Below are positions 1 to 11,305 of a DNA stretch of 64,000 nucleotides, piece after piece. Each line of letters starts with the position of its first letter. Within the stretch, counting starts at the first letter, position 1. The translations under genes and the position numbers were made by a program. This DNA is from Escherichia coli O157:H7 (lineage in GTDB: Bacteria; Pseudomonadota; Gammaproteobacteria; Enterobacterales; Enterobacteriaceae): NCBI RefSeq assembly GCF_013167455.1, contig NZ_CP038328.1; one strand, 5' to 3'. The notes under the pieces were generated by a model. The model searched no databases and was not told the origin of the DNA. It saw nothing but the letters and a program-made list of their open reading frames with translations.

Positions 1-52
1 CCAGGTCAAAGGTGAGCGCCGAGATGCGCCCCAAAGGCCGGTAAAAACGCAT
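1..52 (-). CDS. yigB: HAD-family hydrolase YigB, 5' end only (gene runs off the window start)
   Basis: Minus-strand ATG at 50-52 translating [17 protein letters not shown]...; overlaps xerC stop (TAATG); lies directly downstream of xerC as in the dapF-yigA-xerC-yigB operon. Confidence 0.6.
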   Translation of the reverse strand, partial: MRFYRPLGRISALTFDL

Positions 53-948
53 TATTTCCCCCGTTTGGCGCGTGGATGCGCCGCATCGTACACCGAGGCA
101 AGGTGTTGAAAATCAAGATGAGTATAGATTTGCGTGGTGGAGAGGTTGGCATGACCCAGCAGCTCCTGCACACCACGAAGATCGCCGCTCGACTCCAGCA
201 TATGCGTAGCGAACGAGTGACGTAATTTATGCGGGTGAACGTGATTATTCAGCCCTTGTTTTATGCCCCATTCGGCAAAGCGTTTCTGCACATTACGCGC
301 GGAGATACGCTTGCCCAGTTTCGACAGAAAAAGCGCGTCGTCTTCGCTACCAAACAGGTCGCGCAAATCAAGCCAGTGCTCAATCCATGACAAAGCGTTA
401 CGACCAATCGGCAGGCGGCGCTCTTTGCTGCCTTTCCCCATCACCCACACTTCGCCGGACTCCAGGTCGAGGTGTTTGATGTCCAGCCCCACCAGCTCGG
501 AAAGACGCAGGCCCGCGCCGTACATCACTTCCAGCATTGCACGGTCGCGCACAGCGAGGGGATCGTTGATATCAATATCCAACAGGCGATTTATATCATC
601 GACGTCGATATTTTTCGGCAGATGACGTGGCGTTTTCGGTGCCGAAACACCTTTCGCCGGGTTAGCTTTGAGTTCGTTCTGGCTGACCAGCCAGTCAAAA
701 AAGCTACGTAGCGCAGAGAGGCGTAATGCGAGGCTTGCCGCGCCCAGCCCTTTACGGCGACTGCGTACAGCAAAATTGCGCACCATCGCTGCATCGCATT
801 GCTGCCAGTTTTGCAGGCCGTTTTCGCTGGCAAAATTGATGATCGCCTCAAGCTGTCGCTGGTAGTTAAGCAGAGTTATCGGACTAAGCTGCCGCTCCAC
901 GCTCAGATAACGTAGGTAGCGTTCTACATCGGTGTGTAAATCGGTCAT
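52..948 (-). CDS. xerC: Tyrosine site-specific recombinase XerC (chromosome dimer resolution)
   Basis: 298-aa ORF; C-terminal tyrosine-recombinase signature ([10 protein letters not shown]...[14 protein letters not shown]); operon context. Confidence 0.95.
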   Translation of the reverse strand: MTDLHTDVERYLRYLSVERQLSPITLLNYQRQLEAIINFASENGLQNWQQCDAAMVRNFAVRSRRKGLGAASLALRLSALRSFFDWLVSQNELKANPAKGVSAPKTPRHLPKNIDVDDINRLLDIDINDPLAVRDRAMLEVMYGAGLRLSELVGLDIKHLDLESGEVWVMGKGSKERRLPIGRNALSWIEHWLDLRDLFGSEDDALFLSKLGKRISARNVQKRFAEWGIKQGLNNHVHPHKLRHSFATHMLESSGDLRGVQELLGHANLSTTQIYTHLDFQHLASVYDAAHPRAKRGK

Positions 949-1652
949 ACGCGTTCAATCCAACGCTCCAGAAGCTCCGGCAACATCAGCGCAATTTCAT
1001 GAAGTAACTGCGTTCCCTGCCCTTGTTGATAGTGACTGGCATCGCGGCTGGTGAACAGCACCACGCCTAAATCAGCATCGCTTCCCAGCATCGACATCGC
1101 CACCGATCCCACCGCTTTCGCTTCCGGTAGTACCACCAGCAGCTCCGGTCCGTTAAGCGGCCCCAGATAATGCTGCTCCTGCCCCAGACGCTGAATACGC
1201 AGCGGTTCGAAAGACTGACGGCTTAATGCCAGATGAGTGTGGTTCGACGGCGCACCTAAGCGCCAGCGATCCGGAAACAGGCGCAGACTCGCACCTGCCA
1301 GGCCGAGATCACGCGCCCAGCGGTGAAAGCGCATCAGCATATCATCAAGACTGCTGGCGGCGGTGAGACTGCGCTGCAGGTAGAGTAAGCGATAAAACAG
1401 GCCTTCGTTGGCGATAGCCTGTTCCATCAACAGCGCCATGTTCTCTTCCAGAACATGAATATGATTACGTGCGCGGGCCATGTGCCACTCGACCAACGAA
1501 ACGGTACCGCGTACCGGATGCGGCACACGTATCGCTTCTACTGCGCGCGCATTGCGGATAAAAAACTCAGGATTTTTAATCAGATAATCGACAACCACCC
1601 GGTCATCAAGCTCCGTGAGTGTTTCCTGCAGTTCTTCCCCTGGTTGCTTCAT
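945..1652 (-). CDS. yigA: DUF484-family protein YigA
   Basis: 235-aa ORF, 4-nt overlap with xerC start and dapF stop; conserved position between dapF and xerC. Confidence 0.85.
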
Positions 1653-2473
1653 AGATGAATAAATCCGTCGTAGACATGTACCGCCGGGCCAGTCATATAT
1701 AACGGGTGACCCGGACCTTTCCAGGCGATATCAAGACGACCGCCTGGGAGTTCCACGCGTACTTCTTCGGCCAGCAAACCTTGCTGAATCCCTACTGCAA
1801 CCGCCGCACATGCGCCGCTGCCGCAGGCCTGGGTTTCTCCTGCCCCACGCTCATAAACGCGTAAACGAATATGCTCGCGCTTAACCACTTGCATAAAACC
1901 GATATTGGCGCGCTCCGGAAAACGCTCGTGGCTTTCCAGAACAGGCCCCAGTGTTTCTACCGCCGCAGTATCGACATCATCGACCTGAATCACGCAATGT
2001 GGATTTCCCATCGACACCACGCCGCATAAGATTGTCTGCTCGGCGGCGCGCATAATATAGGTCTTTTCCGCTTTGTTAGCGCGAAACGGCACGGCAGAAG
2101 GTTCGAAGTTGGGTTCGCCCATATTTACGCGGACCAGATCATCATCGGTGACGGTAAGAACCATCCGCCCGTTGGCGGTGCTGACGCGGATATCGCGCTT
2201 ATTGGTCAGCCCTTTCAGACGCACAAAACGGGCAAAGCAGCGTGCGCCGTTGCCGCACTGCGCCACTTCACTGCCATCAGCATTGAAAATGCGATAGTGA
2301 AAATCCAGTTCAGGATCATACGGCGGCTCAACCACCAGCAGTTGGTCAAACCCTACCCCCAGGTGCCGATCAGCTAGGCGACGAATCAGCTCCGGTGAAA
2401 AAAAGACATTCTGCGTTACCGCGTCGACGACCATAAAATCGTTGCCAAGGCCATGCATTTTCGAGAACTGCAT
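1649..2473 (-). CDS. dapF: Diaminopimelate epimerase
   Basis: ORF translation [19 protein letters not shown]... with paired active-site Cys regions ([14 protein letters not shown]); track ORF has one extra upstream Met, second ATG chosen. Confidence 0.92.
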
Positions 2474-2509
2474 CATTTACTCCAATCACGCGGGTACAGA
2501 AACTGACTT

Positions 2510-2713
2510 TTAGTAATTCACCTGGGATGGACCATCGCCAGTGGCGCGATCGTTTTTATCCGGCACCGTGGATTGCGTTTGCGTCTCTACCGGTTTGGTC
2601 GGCGGCGGTGCATTTTTATCTGCAGGCGGGAAATAGAGCGGACCTTTCAGACCGCAGCCCGTCAGGCTGAAGAGAGTAAGTAATACAGTGAGTGCCTTAA
2701 ACACGTTTTTCAT
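2510..2713 (-). CDS. yifL: Small lipoprotein YifL
   Basis: 67-aa ORF with signal peptide and lipobox (LTGC); immediately upstream of dapF. Confidence 0.8.
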   Translation of the reverse strand: MKNVFKALTVLLTLFSLTGCGLKGPLYFPPADKNAPPPTKPVETQTQSTVPDKNDRATGDGPSQVNY

Positions 2714-3175
2714 TATGGATTGCCTGTAAAGTTCATCGCTTTCTGCTTTCTATCATCGCAGGAGAAGGCGTAAAAGCAAGCGTTTAGCGACTCTTTATGA
2801 AGTCTGAAAAGTGAGGAAATGCTGCGAGTATAACGCTTACTCGTGAGGATTTATGTTCTGCTGGCAGTTTCGTGATCAACACCTCACGCCAGGATGGCTT
2901 TATGCACTATCGCAATGTGGTTTGTTTGTTGGCTTTTTTAGTTCCGTCAGCGTGAGGATGCTCGCTCGGTAAACCTGATCATAATGTTTACCAGAAACAG
3001 GGAAAGGCGTGGTGTAACTGCGCCCTAATGAAGAGACAAATCTTTCGCTACACAGAGACATCATTATTCCGGTGACGGATGAATCATGCCGTAACGCAGC
3101 CGCAGAGGTGCAAACTTTGAAGCCCTGACCCCATGCCGCTATACTGCCGCCATCACTTAAAAACAGGATACAACA

Positions 3176-3496
3176 ATGAACGACAGTGAATTTCATCGCC
3201 TGGCTGATCAACTGTGGCTGACCATTGAAGAGCGTCTGGACGACTGGGATGGCGACAGCGATATCGACTGCGAAATCAACGGCGGCGTGCTGACCATTAC
3301 CTTTGAGAATGGCAGCAAAATCATTATCAACCGCCAGGAACCGCTGCACCAGGTATGGCTGGCAACCAAACAAGGCGGCTACCATTTTGATCTGAAAGGC
3401 GATGAGTGGATTTGCGATCGCAGCGGCGAAACCTTCCGGGATTTGCTGGAACAGGCGGCGACGCAGCAGGCGGGTGAAACAGTCAGTTTCCGCTAA
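3176..3496 (+). CDS. cyaY: Frataxin homolog CyaY (iron-sulfur cluster assembly)
   Basis: 106-aa [36 protein letters not shown]...; acidic N-terminal ridge typical of frataxin. Confidence 0.92.
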   Translation: MNDSEFHRLADQLWLTIEERLDDWDGDSDIDCEINGGVLTITFENGSKIIINRQEPLHQVWLATKQGGYHFDLKGDEWICDRSGETFRDLLEQAATQQAGETVSFR

Positions 3497-3535
3497 GATT
3501 GCATGCCGGATAAGCCTCGCTTTCCGGCACGTTCA

Positions 3536-6082
3536 TCACGAAAAATACTGCTGTAATAGCGGCGTATCGTGATCCTGATTGGCAGGCGGCATGTTACCGA
3601 TAGATTTTGTGCGGAACGGAATCACCTGTTCACGACCATCAACCTTCACAATCTGATAGAACTGCGGCAGGTTGAAGTTGATGAAGCTTGAGCCGTAGGT
3701 AAAACGGTCATGCGATGACGAGTAGAAGCGACTGACGTCACGTACCAGCTCCTCTTTGCTGCCTTCGCAGTGGTGATACACCTCAACCCGATTGCTTTCG
3801 TCGAGAATGTAGATATTAAAGCCATTCTCATCTTGCGTTTCTTCGAAAAAGAACTGGATGATCCCTTCGCTGGCAAAGCCGTCCACCACCGCCGGTAATT
3901 TGACGTGATTGGTTTCAACCTGCACTGACAGGCCGTGCAGTTTGTTATGCGAAATAGCGCCATAAAACTCGATGGCGTTCTCCAGTTTCTGTACCGATAC
4001 ATTCAGGCGTTCGAAGAACAAGCCCCAGGTTTGACCAGAAACGCGCAGCGCCTTGAAACGCCCGGTTTCCTGGCGGGTGCTGGAAAGACGCAATTCAATA
4101 CACTCAGAAACCAGTTGCTGCACGCGAGTACGAATTAAGCCGCGCAGATGCTGGCTATAACAGAAGACTTCCACGCTATCTGGCGGTGCGGCGTCCTGAT
4201 GCATTTTGCCGAGAATAGTTTTCAGGGCTTCGATCATCGATTGCTCGCCGTTGAAGTGCAGCGTACGCACTTCATTCCACGAGTTGCGATACAGCAGGTC
4301 AACGCTACCTACCAGGCAATTTTGATTCTCGCCAAAGCTGAAGACATCCAGCTTACGGAAATCAAAATGCACCACCTGATTGCGGAACGCAGCTGTCGGG
4401 TCATATTCCAGGTTAACGATAATCGCCAGATGGCGGATCTCACACGGGCTGTAGAGCGCCTTCGGTGTCGGTGCAGGTAAGCGCAACGGGAAATGGTGCG
4501 ACACGTCGGCGACCATCTCCTGCAACTTAGGCAAATCGACAATGCCGTTACCTTTAATATACAAGCGGGTGCGCGAGGTCAGCAGGCCGTTAAACCATGC
4601 CCACGCCACCAGTTTATTCAGGTAACGGTTATATTCCAGCGGCTGATGGCTGATGATCGACTCAATATTTGGCGCGCGGTTATACAGATACCAACCTGAA
4701 CGGTTAGCCCGGCCCGGCGGCACATAAATAAAGGTCAGATTCGGTTCCGAGAGATCGGGTGAAATCTGCGGGTTTACCAGCGTCACTTTACCTGGTAATG
4801 CTTCAAACGCGGCATACAGCTTACGCGTCAGCACGCCGATATCCTGCGGACTGGCGGAGACGCTAAGGTTATTGCGACGCGCAAAGCGGATCAGATTACG
4901 GTAGCTCTGCATCATCGCGTCGAGCAACTCGTTGTGCGCCTCACGCACCTGATCAATCTTCCAGTTAGCGCGGTTATCGAGCATTGCCAGACGAGCTTCG
5001 TCCCACCCCCACTCGCTCACTAACTGGCTCAACACTGCGCGACGCCAGCCTACGCAGGCGCGTTCACGGCTGAGCTTTTCGCACACTTTTAAATAGAAGC
5101 AGCGACGTACTAAATCCAGACGGGTGAAATCTTCAATCGCCGTCAGGTATTCAGTAACACGCTCCAGCATCATGCAGTAAGGATCGAGGCCAAACGATAC
5201 AATCTCGCCGTCGTGCAAACGCTGTTTGATATCTTTCGCCAGCAGGCGTGGGTTCGGGTATTCCCAGGAATAGGCTTCCAGCAGCAGTGTCTTCAGCACC
5301 GCTTTGTATGGAGAATCGATACTCTTGTAGAGTTGCCAAAGGCTGGCACCGAAGTATTCTTCAGCGGAAAGCGAGCTTAAGCCGCCGAGATCCAGCCATT
5401 CATTTGGCGTCAGCACGCCTTGTGCGTAGAGCGTCATTACGTAGTCATCGTAATGCTCTTCTTCGTCGCACGGCACCATATTCCACAGAATACGCTTACC
5501 GGCGAGACGCACGGCGGTACGATAAAATTCATCAAGCAGCAGTATATGCTGGGTGGAGCCACAATCTTCGCCCCCCAGACTGCCACTCTCGTTGTGGCGA
5601 AAACGGTTTTCATCAATCAGGAAGAAGCTAACTTCCACACCCAGCGAGGCGGCCCAGCTTTCCAGCAGGCTGCATTTACGTTGTAGCAACTGGCGCTCTT
5701 CGCTATCGAGCCAGGATTGATGACAGACCCAGATATCCAGGTCAGAGGAACAACTTTGCCCTACGGACGAGGTGCTGCCCATGGTGTATACACCAGTAAT
5801 TGGAAGCTCACCTTTCGGCGGGTCCTGTACTGACATTCCACGATACAGTTCAAGCTCGTTCAGGTAGTGGCGTTGAGTTTCATCAGGCGTGTAAAGGCAA
5901 ATGCCTTTGGGAACGTTACCATCAAGGTAACCCGGCATTAGCGGATGGTGATAGTGCAACAATGTCGGCAGTAGACTGTAGACCTGTTGGAATGCAGGCC
6001 CCATAGCAGCAAGCGCGCGATCCACACGCAATTGATTTATGGCATCCAGTCTCTGTTTCAGAGTCTCAATATAGAGGTACAA
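3536..6082 (-). CDS. cyaA: Adenylate cyclase (class I), TTG start
   Basis: 848-aa [21 protein letters not shown]...; start codon at 6080-6082 is TTG on the minus strand (caa on +). Confidence 0.95.
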   Translation of the reverse strand: MYLYIETLKQRLDAINQLRVDRALAAMGPAFQQVYSLLPTLLHYHHPLMPGYLDGNVPKGICLYTPDETQRHYLNELELYRGMSVQDPPKGELPITGVYTMGSTSSVGQSCSSDLDIWVCHQSWLDSEERQLLQRKCSLLESWAASLGVEVSFFLIDENRFRHNESGSLGGEDCGSTQHILLLDEFYRTAVRLAGKRILWNMVPCDEEEHYDDYVMTLYAQGVLTPNEWLDLGGLSSLSAEEYFGASLWQLYKSIDSPYKAVLKTLLLEAYSWEYPNPRLLAKDIKQRLHDGEIVSFGLDPYCMMLERVTEYLTAIEDFTRLDLVRRCFYLKVCEKLSRERACVGWRRAVLSQLVSEWGWDEARLAMLDNRANWKIDQVREAHNELLDAMMQSYRNLIRFARRNNLSVSASPQDIGVLTRKLYAAFEALPGKVTLVNPQISPDLSEPNLTFIYVPPGRANRSGWYLYNRAPNIESIISHQPLEYNRYLNKLVAWAWFNGLLTSRTRLYIKGNGIVDLPKLQEMVADVSHHFPLRLPAPTPKALYSPCEIRHLAIIVNLEYDPTAAFRNQVVHFDFRKLDVFSFGENQNCLVGSVDLLYRNSWNEVRTLHFNGEQSMIEALKTILGKMHQDAAPPDSVEVFCYSQHLRGLIRTRVQQLVSECIELRLSSTRQETGRFKALRVSGQTWGLFFERLNVSVQKLENAIEFYGAISHNKLHGLSVQVETNHVKLPAVVDGFASEGIIQFFFEETQDENGFNIYILDESNRVEVYHHCEGSKEELVRDVSRFYSSSHDRFTYGSSFINFNLPQFYQIVKVDGREQVIPFRTKSIGNMPPANQDHDTPLLQQYFS

Positions 6083-6468
6083 GACGTATCGCCTGATTTG
6101 CTACCCGTCATGACTGTGATTCCGCCAACATCAACGGTAACACGCGGCATTCGGGATATTTCGTATGTCAAAGGTAACCGTTACCACTTTTCGCGCCTGG
6201 TTTTTTTAGTTTCACGACGAAAAAATGGTCTAAAACGTGATCAATTTAACACCTTGCTGATTGACCGTAAAGAAAGATGCGCTACATACAAGTGTAGCAC
6301 CGTTTATTCTCTGTAAATTCCTTATTACGACGGCGTGAAACGCCTGTCAGGATCCACTGCCAGACCTCATTTTACGGTTTGCGCAGGCGTCTACGTTTCA
6401 CCACAACACTGACATCACTCTGGCAAGGATGTTAGGATGGACCACGGATGATAATGACGGTAACAAGC

Positions 6469-7410
6469 ATGTTAGACAATGTTTTAAGAATTGCCACACG
6501 CCAAAGCCCACTTGCACTCTGGCAGGCACACTATGTCAAAGACAAGTTGATGGCGAGCCATCCGGGCCTGGTCGTTGAACTGGTACCGATGGTGACGCGC
6601 GGCGATGTGATTCTTGATACGCCGCTGGCGAAAGTCGGCGGAAAAGGCTTATTTGTAAAAGAGCTGGAAGTCGCGCTCCTCGAAAATCGCGCCGATATCG
6701 CCGTACATTCAATGAAAGATGTGCCGGTTGAATTCCCGCAAGGTCTGGGCCTGGTCACTATTTGTGAGCGTGAAGATCCTCGCGATGCCTTTGTGTCCAA
6801 TAACTATGACAGTCTGGATGCGTTACCGGCAGGCAGTATCGTCGGGACGTCCAGTTTACGTCGCCAGTGCCAACTGGCTGAACGCCGCCCGGATCTGATT
6901 ATCCGCTCCCTGCGCGGCAACGTCGGCACTCGCCTGAGCAAACTGGATAACGGCGAATACGATGCCATCATTCTTGCCGTAGCCGGACTAAAACGTTTAG
7001 GTCTGGAGTCCCGCATTCGCGCCGCGTTGCCACCCGAGATTTCTCTTCCGGCGGTAGGACAAGGTGCAGTCGGTATTGAATGCCGCCTTGATGATACACG
7101 CACTCGCGAGCTGCTTGCCGCGCTGAATCACCACGAAACTGCACTGCGCGTTACCGCAGAACGCGCCATGAATACCCGTCTCGAAGGTGGATGTCAGGTG
7201 CCAATTGGTAGCTACGCCGAGCTTATTGATGGCGAAATCTGGCTGCGTGCGCTGGTCGGCGCGCCGGACGGTTCGCAGATTATTCGCGGTGAACGCCGCG
7301 GTGCGCCGCAAGATGCCGAACAAATGGGGATTTCGCTGGCAGAAGAGCTACTGAATAACGGCGCGCGCGAGATCCTCGCTGAAGTCTATAACGGAGACGC
7401 CCCGGCATGA
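6469..7410 (+). CDS. hemC: Porphobilinogen deaminase (hydroxymethylbilane synthase)
   Basis: Translation [20 protein letters not shown]...; track ORF begins 7 codons upstream at 6448, internal ATG at 6469 matches the known N-terminus. Confidence 0.93.
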
Positions 7411-8147
7411 GTATCCTTGTCACCCGCCCGTCTCCCGCTGGAGAAGAGTTAGTGAGCCGTCTGCGCACACTGGGGCAGGTGGCCTGGCATTTTCCGCTGA
7501 TTGAGTTTTCTCCGGGTCGACAATTACCGCAACTTGCTGATCAACTGGCAGCGCTGGGGGAGAGCGATCTGTTGTTTGCCCTCTCGCAACACGCGGTTGC
7601 TTTTGCCCAATCACAGCTACATCAGCAAGATCGTAAATGGCCCCGACTACCTAATTATTTCGCCATTGGACGCACCACCGCACTGGCACTACATACCGTA
7701 AGCGGACAGAAGATTCTCTACCCGCAGGATCGGGAAATCAGCGAAGTCTTGCTACAATTACCTGAATTACAAAATATTGCGGGCAAACGTGCGCTGATAT
7801 TACGTGGCAATGGCGGTCGTGAGCTAATTGGGGATACCCTGACGGCGCGCGGTGCTGAGGTCACTTTTTGTGAATGTTATCAACGATGCGCAATCCATTA
7901 CGATGGTGCAGAAGAAGCGATGCGCTGGCAATCCCGCGAGGTGACGACGGTCGTTGTTACCAGCGGTGAAATGTTGCAGCAACTCTGGTCGCTGATCCCA
8001 CAATGGTATCGTGAGCACTGGTTACTACACTGTCGACTATTGGTCGTCAGTGAGCGTTTGGCGAAACTCGCCCGGGAACTGGGCTGGCAAGACATTAAGG
8101 TCGCCGATAACGCTGACAACGATGCGCTTTTACGGGCATTACAATAA
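7407..8147 (+). CDS. hemD: Uroporphyrinogen-III synthase
   Basis: 246-aa ORF, ATGA overlap with hemC stop; hemCDXY operon context. Confidence 0.9.
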
Positions 8148-8168
8148 CTCTCATAACAGGAAGCCATA

Positions 8169-9428
8169 ATGACGGAACAAGAAAAAACCTCCGCCGTGGT
8201 TGAAGAGACCAGGGAGGCCGTGGACACCACGTCACAACCTGTCGCAACAGAAAAAAAGAGTAAGAACAATACCGCATTGATTCTCAGCGCGGTGGCTATC
8301 GCTATTGCTCTGGCGGCGGGCGTCGGTTTGTATGGCTGGGGTAAACAACAGGCCGTCAATCAGACCGCCACCAGCGATGCCCTGGCTAACCAACTGACGG
8401 CATTGCAAAAAGCCCAGGAGAGCCAAAAAGTCGAGCTGGAAGGCATTATTAAGCAACAAGCTGCACAGCTTAAGCAGGCGAATCGTCAGCAAGAAACGCT
8501 GGCAAAACAGTTGGATGAAGTCCAACAAAAGGTCGCCACCATTTCCGGCAGCGATGCTAAAACCTGGCTGCTGGCTCAGGCCGATTTTCTGGTGAAACTC
8601 GCCGGACGGAAGCTGTGGAGCGATCAGGACGTCACGACCGCTGCAGCGTTGCTGAAAAGTGCAGACGCCAGCCTGGCGGATATGAATGACCCGAGTCTGA
8701 TTACCGTTCGTCGGGCAATTACCGATGATATCGCCAGCCTTTCTGCAGTATCGCAGGTGGATTATGACGGCATCATCCTTAAGCTTAATCAGCTTTCAAA
8801 TCAGGTAGATAACCTGCGTCTGGCCGATAATGACAGCGATGGTTCGCCGATGGATTCCGACGGTGAAGAGCTTTCCAGTTCCATCAGCGAATGGCGTATC
8901 AATCTGCAAAAAAGCTGGCAGAACTTTATGGACAACTTCATTACGATTCGCCGTCGTGATGACACCGCCGTACCGCTGTTAGCGCCAAATCAGGATATCT
9001 ATCTGCGCGAAAATATTCGCTCTCGCCTGCTGGTCGCAGCACAAGCTGTACCGCGTCACCAGCAAGAGACTTATCGCCAGGCGCTGGAGAACGTCTCCAC
9101 CTGGGTACGTGCTTACTACGATACTGATGATGCCACCACCAAAGCGTTCCTCGACGAGGTAGACCAGTTAAGCCAGCAAAATATCTCGATGGATCTTCCG
9201 GAAACCCTGCAAAGCCAGGCGATGCTGGAAAAACTGATGCAGACTCGCGTGCGTAACCTGCTGGCACAACCGGCAGCGGGGACAACGGAAGCTAAACCTG
9301 CACCTGCACCTGCACCTGCACCTGCACCTGCACCTGCACCTGCACCTGCACCTGCACCTGCACCTGCACCTGCACCTGCACCTGCACCGCAAGCTGATAC
9401 TCCGGCAGCCGCGCCGCAAGGAGAATAA
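8169..9428 (+). CDS. hemX: HemX membrane protein with expanded C-terminal (Pro-Ala)15 tract
   Basis: 419-aa [21 protein letters not shown]..., single TM segment, coiled-coil rich; C-terminal PA repeat. Confidence 0.88.
   Translation: MTEQEKTSAVVEETREAVDTTSQPVATEKKSKNNTALILSAVAIAIALAAGVGLYGWGKQQAVNQTATSDALANQLTALQKAQESQKVELEGIIKQQAAQLKQANRQQETLAKQLDEVQQKVATISGSDAKTWLLAQADFLVKLAGRKLWSDQDVTTAAALLKSADASLADMNDPSLITVRRAITDDIASLSAVSQVDYDGIILKLNQLSNQVDNLRLADNDSDGSPMDSDGEELSSSISEWRINLQKSWQNFMDNFITIRRRDDTAVPLLAPNQDIYLRENIRSRLLVAAQAVPRHQQETYRQALENVSTWVRAYYDTDDATTKAFLDEVDQLSQQNISMDLPETLQSQAMLEKLMQTRVRNLLAQPAAGTTEAKPAPAPAPAPAPAPAPAPAPAPAPAPAPAPAPQADTPAAAPQGE
9297..9386 (+). repeat. Perfect hexanucleotide microsatellite (CCTGCA)15, in frame within hemX
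   Basis: 15 uninterrupted CCTGCA units read directly from the sequence, codon-aligned to hemX (cct gca = Pro-Ala). Confidence 0.95.
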
Positions 9429-9430
9429 CC

Positions 9431-10627
9431 ATGCTAAAAGTGTTATTGCTCTTTGTGTTGCTGATTGCGGGGATCGTGGTTGGCCCGATGATTGCCGGTC
9501 ATCAGGGTTATGTGCTGATCCAGACCGACAACTACAATATCGAAACCAGCGTCACGGGCCTGGCGATCATATTGATTCTGGCGATGGTAGTGCTGTTTGC
9601 CATTGAGTGGCTACTGCGGCGGATCTTCCGCACTGGCGCGCACACCCGTGGGTGGTTTGTCGGGCGTAAGCGTCGCCGTGCACGTAAGCAGACCGAACAG
9701 GCGCTGCTGAAACTGGCGGAAGGCGATTATCAGCAAGTTGAAAAGCTGATGGCGAAAAATGCCGATCACGCTGAACAACCGGTGGTGAACTATCTACTGG
9801 CTGCCGAAGCCGCGCAACAACGTGGTGATGAAGCGCGCGCCAACCAACATCTGGAACGCGCAGCGGAGCTGGCCGGCAATGACACCATTCCGGTAGAAAT
9901 CACCCGTGTACGTCTGCAACTGGCCCGTAATGAAAACCATGCTGCACGCCACGGCGTGGATAAGCTGCTGGAAGTTACGCCACGCCATCCGGAAGTATTA
10001 CGTCTGGCGGAACAGGCGTATATCCGCACAGGTGCATGGAGTTCGCTGCTGGATATTATCCCATCAATGGCGAAAGCCCATGTTGGTGATGAAGAACATC
10101 GTGCAATGCTGGAACAACAGGCATGGATTGGCCTGATGGATCAGGCGCGTGCCGATAACGGTAGCGAAGGTTTGCGTAACTGGTGGAAAAACCAAAGCCG
10201 GAAAACGCGTCATCAGGTAGCGTTGCAGGTGGCAATGGCGGAACATCTTATTGAATGTGACGATCATGATACTGCCCAGCAAATTATCATCGATGGCCTG
10301 AAACGCCAGTACGACGATCGCCTACTGCTGCCGATTCCTCGACTGAAAACAAACAATCCGGAACAGCTGGAAAAAGTGCTGCGCCAGCAAATCAAAAACG
10401 TCGGCGATCGCCCGCTGTTGTGGAGCACACTGGGCCAGTCACTGATGAAGCACGGAGAATGGCAGGAAGCATCGCTCGCCTTCCGCGCAGCGCTGAAACA
10501 ACGTCCGGACGCCTACGATTACGCATGGCTTGCCGACGCGCTGGACAGACTGCACAAGCCGGAAGAAGCTGCAGCGATGCGTCGCGACGGTTTGATGTTA
10601 ACGTTGCAGAACAACCCACCACAGTAG
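9431..10627 (+). CDS. hemY: HemY protein (TPR-containing inner-membrane protein)
   Basis: 398-aa ORF MLKVLLLFVLLIAGIVVGPMIAGHQGYVLIQTDNYNIE...; 2-nt gap after hemX. Confidence 0.9.
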   Translation: MLKVLLLFVLLIAGIVVGPMIAGHQGYVLIQTDNYNIETSVTGLAIILILAMVVLFAIEWLLRRIFRTGAHTRGWFVGRKRRRARKQTEQALLKLAEGDYQQVEKLMAKNADHAEQPVVNYLLAAEAAQQRGDEARANQHLERAAELAGNDTIPVEITRVRLQLARNENHAARHGVDKLLEVTPRHPEVLRLAEQAYIRTGAWSSLLDIIPSMAKAHVGDEEHRAMLEQQAWIGLMDQARADNGSEGLRNWWKNQSRKTRHQVALQVAMAEHLIECDDHDTAQQIIIDGLKRQYDDRLLLPIPRLKTNNPEQLEKVLRQQIKNVGDRPLLWSTLGQSLMKHGEWQEASLAFRAALKQRPDAYDYAWLADALDRLHKPEEAAAMRRDGLMLTLQNNPPQ

Positions 10628-10673
10628 TTCCTTCTCACCCGGAGGCAAGCACCTCCGGGACCTTCCTGACACA

Positions 10674-10880
10674 TAAAAAAACGCCTGCTCTTATTACGGA
10701 GCAGGCGTTAAAACAGGTCTGTATGACAACAAGTGGGTGCTTCACTCAACGTTGTGTCCATGGTGTCTGATGAGGCATAAGCGACATCTGTCAGTGGACG
10801 ATAAGCACCGTAAACGGCTCTGCGTCATTCCGGAGTTTATGAGGCACTAAGGCGAACATAAGAGATGGAATGAGCATCTA
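10674..10880 (-). ncRNA. glmZ: GlmZ small RNA (Hfq/RapZ-dependent activator of glmS)
   Basis: Minus-strand sequence GTAGATGCTCATTCCATCTCTTATGTTCGCC...CGCCTGCTCCGTAATAAGAGCAGGCGTTTTTTT matches the GlmZ sequence as I recall it; ends in an 11-bp perfect stem plus U7 terminator; hemY-aslA intergenic location. Confidence 0.85.
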
Positions 10881-11305
10881 CTCGTTTATTATGCCACAGA
10901 GAATCGGGAAATAACATCCCTTAACACTTGTTATGAGATAATTCTGTAATCCTCTTTGCTTCCTGAGTAATAACTTCCTGAGTGAATATTTAACCTGAGC
11001 TTGATCCTACACATACTTATTATGAATGATAAAATTCATTCAATTAATAACACATATATTAATTGCCGTTAAAACTAAAAACAGCATCAATAATCAACGC
11101 GATATAATAAACCTGCCTTACATATCAACTGCGCCAGAGGTAGGATTGAAAACGCTCTCCTGATTTTTAAATTCATTTCTTGGATAAATAAATAATTTAT
11201 TTTTATCACTATTATTTATGTAATCATCCTGTCAGGGAGAGGGATCTCAATTATCAATGCTTAATTACGTCATCATTTTGTTGACATGAAACCGGAGCAT
11301 TTTGC

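Noticed and set aside
2900-3385. 161-aa minus-strand ORF overlapping the 5' half of cyaY and the yifL-cyaY spacer
   Set aside because: Overlaps the conserved cyaY antisense with no RBS. It could correspond to a legacy hypothetical annotation, but I have no independent support, so it is not called.
9297-9386. Possible CRISPR array suggested by the regular short repeats
   Set aside because: The units are contiguous 6-mers without spacers, sit in frame inside hemX, and no cas genes are nearby. This is a microsatellite.
9168-9419. Minus-strand 83-aa ORF with an (RC)n repeat
   Set aside because: It is the antisense reading of the hemX CCTGCA microsatellite, lies entirely inside hemX and has no independent signals.
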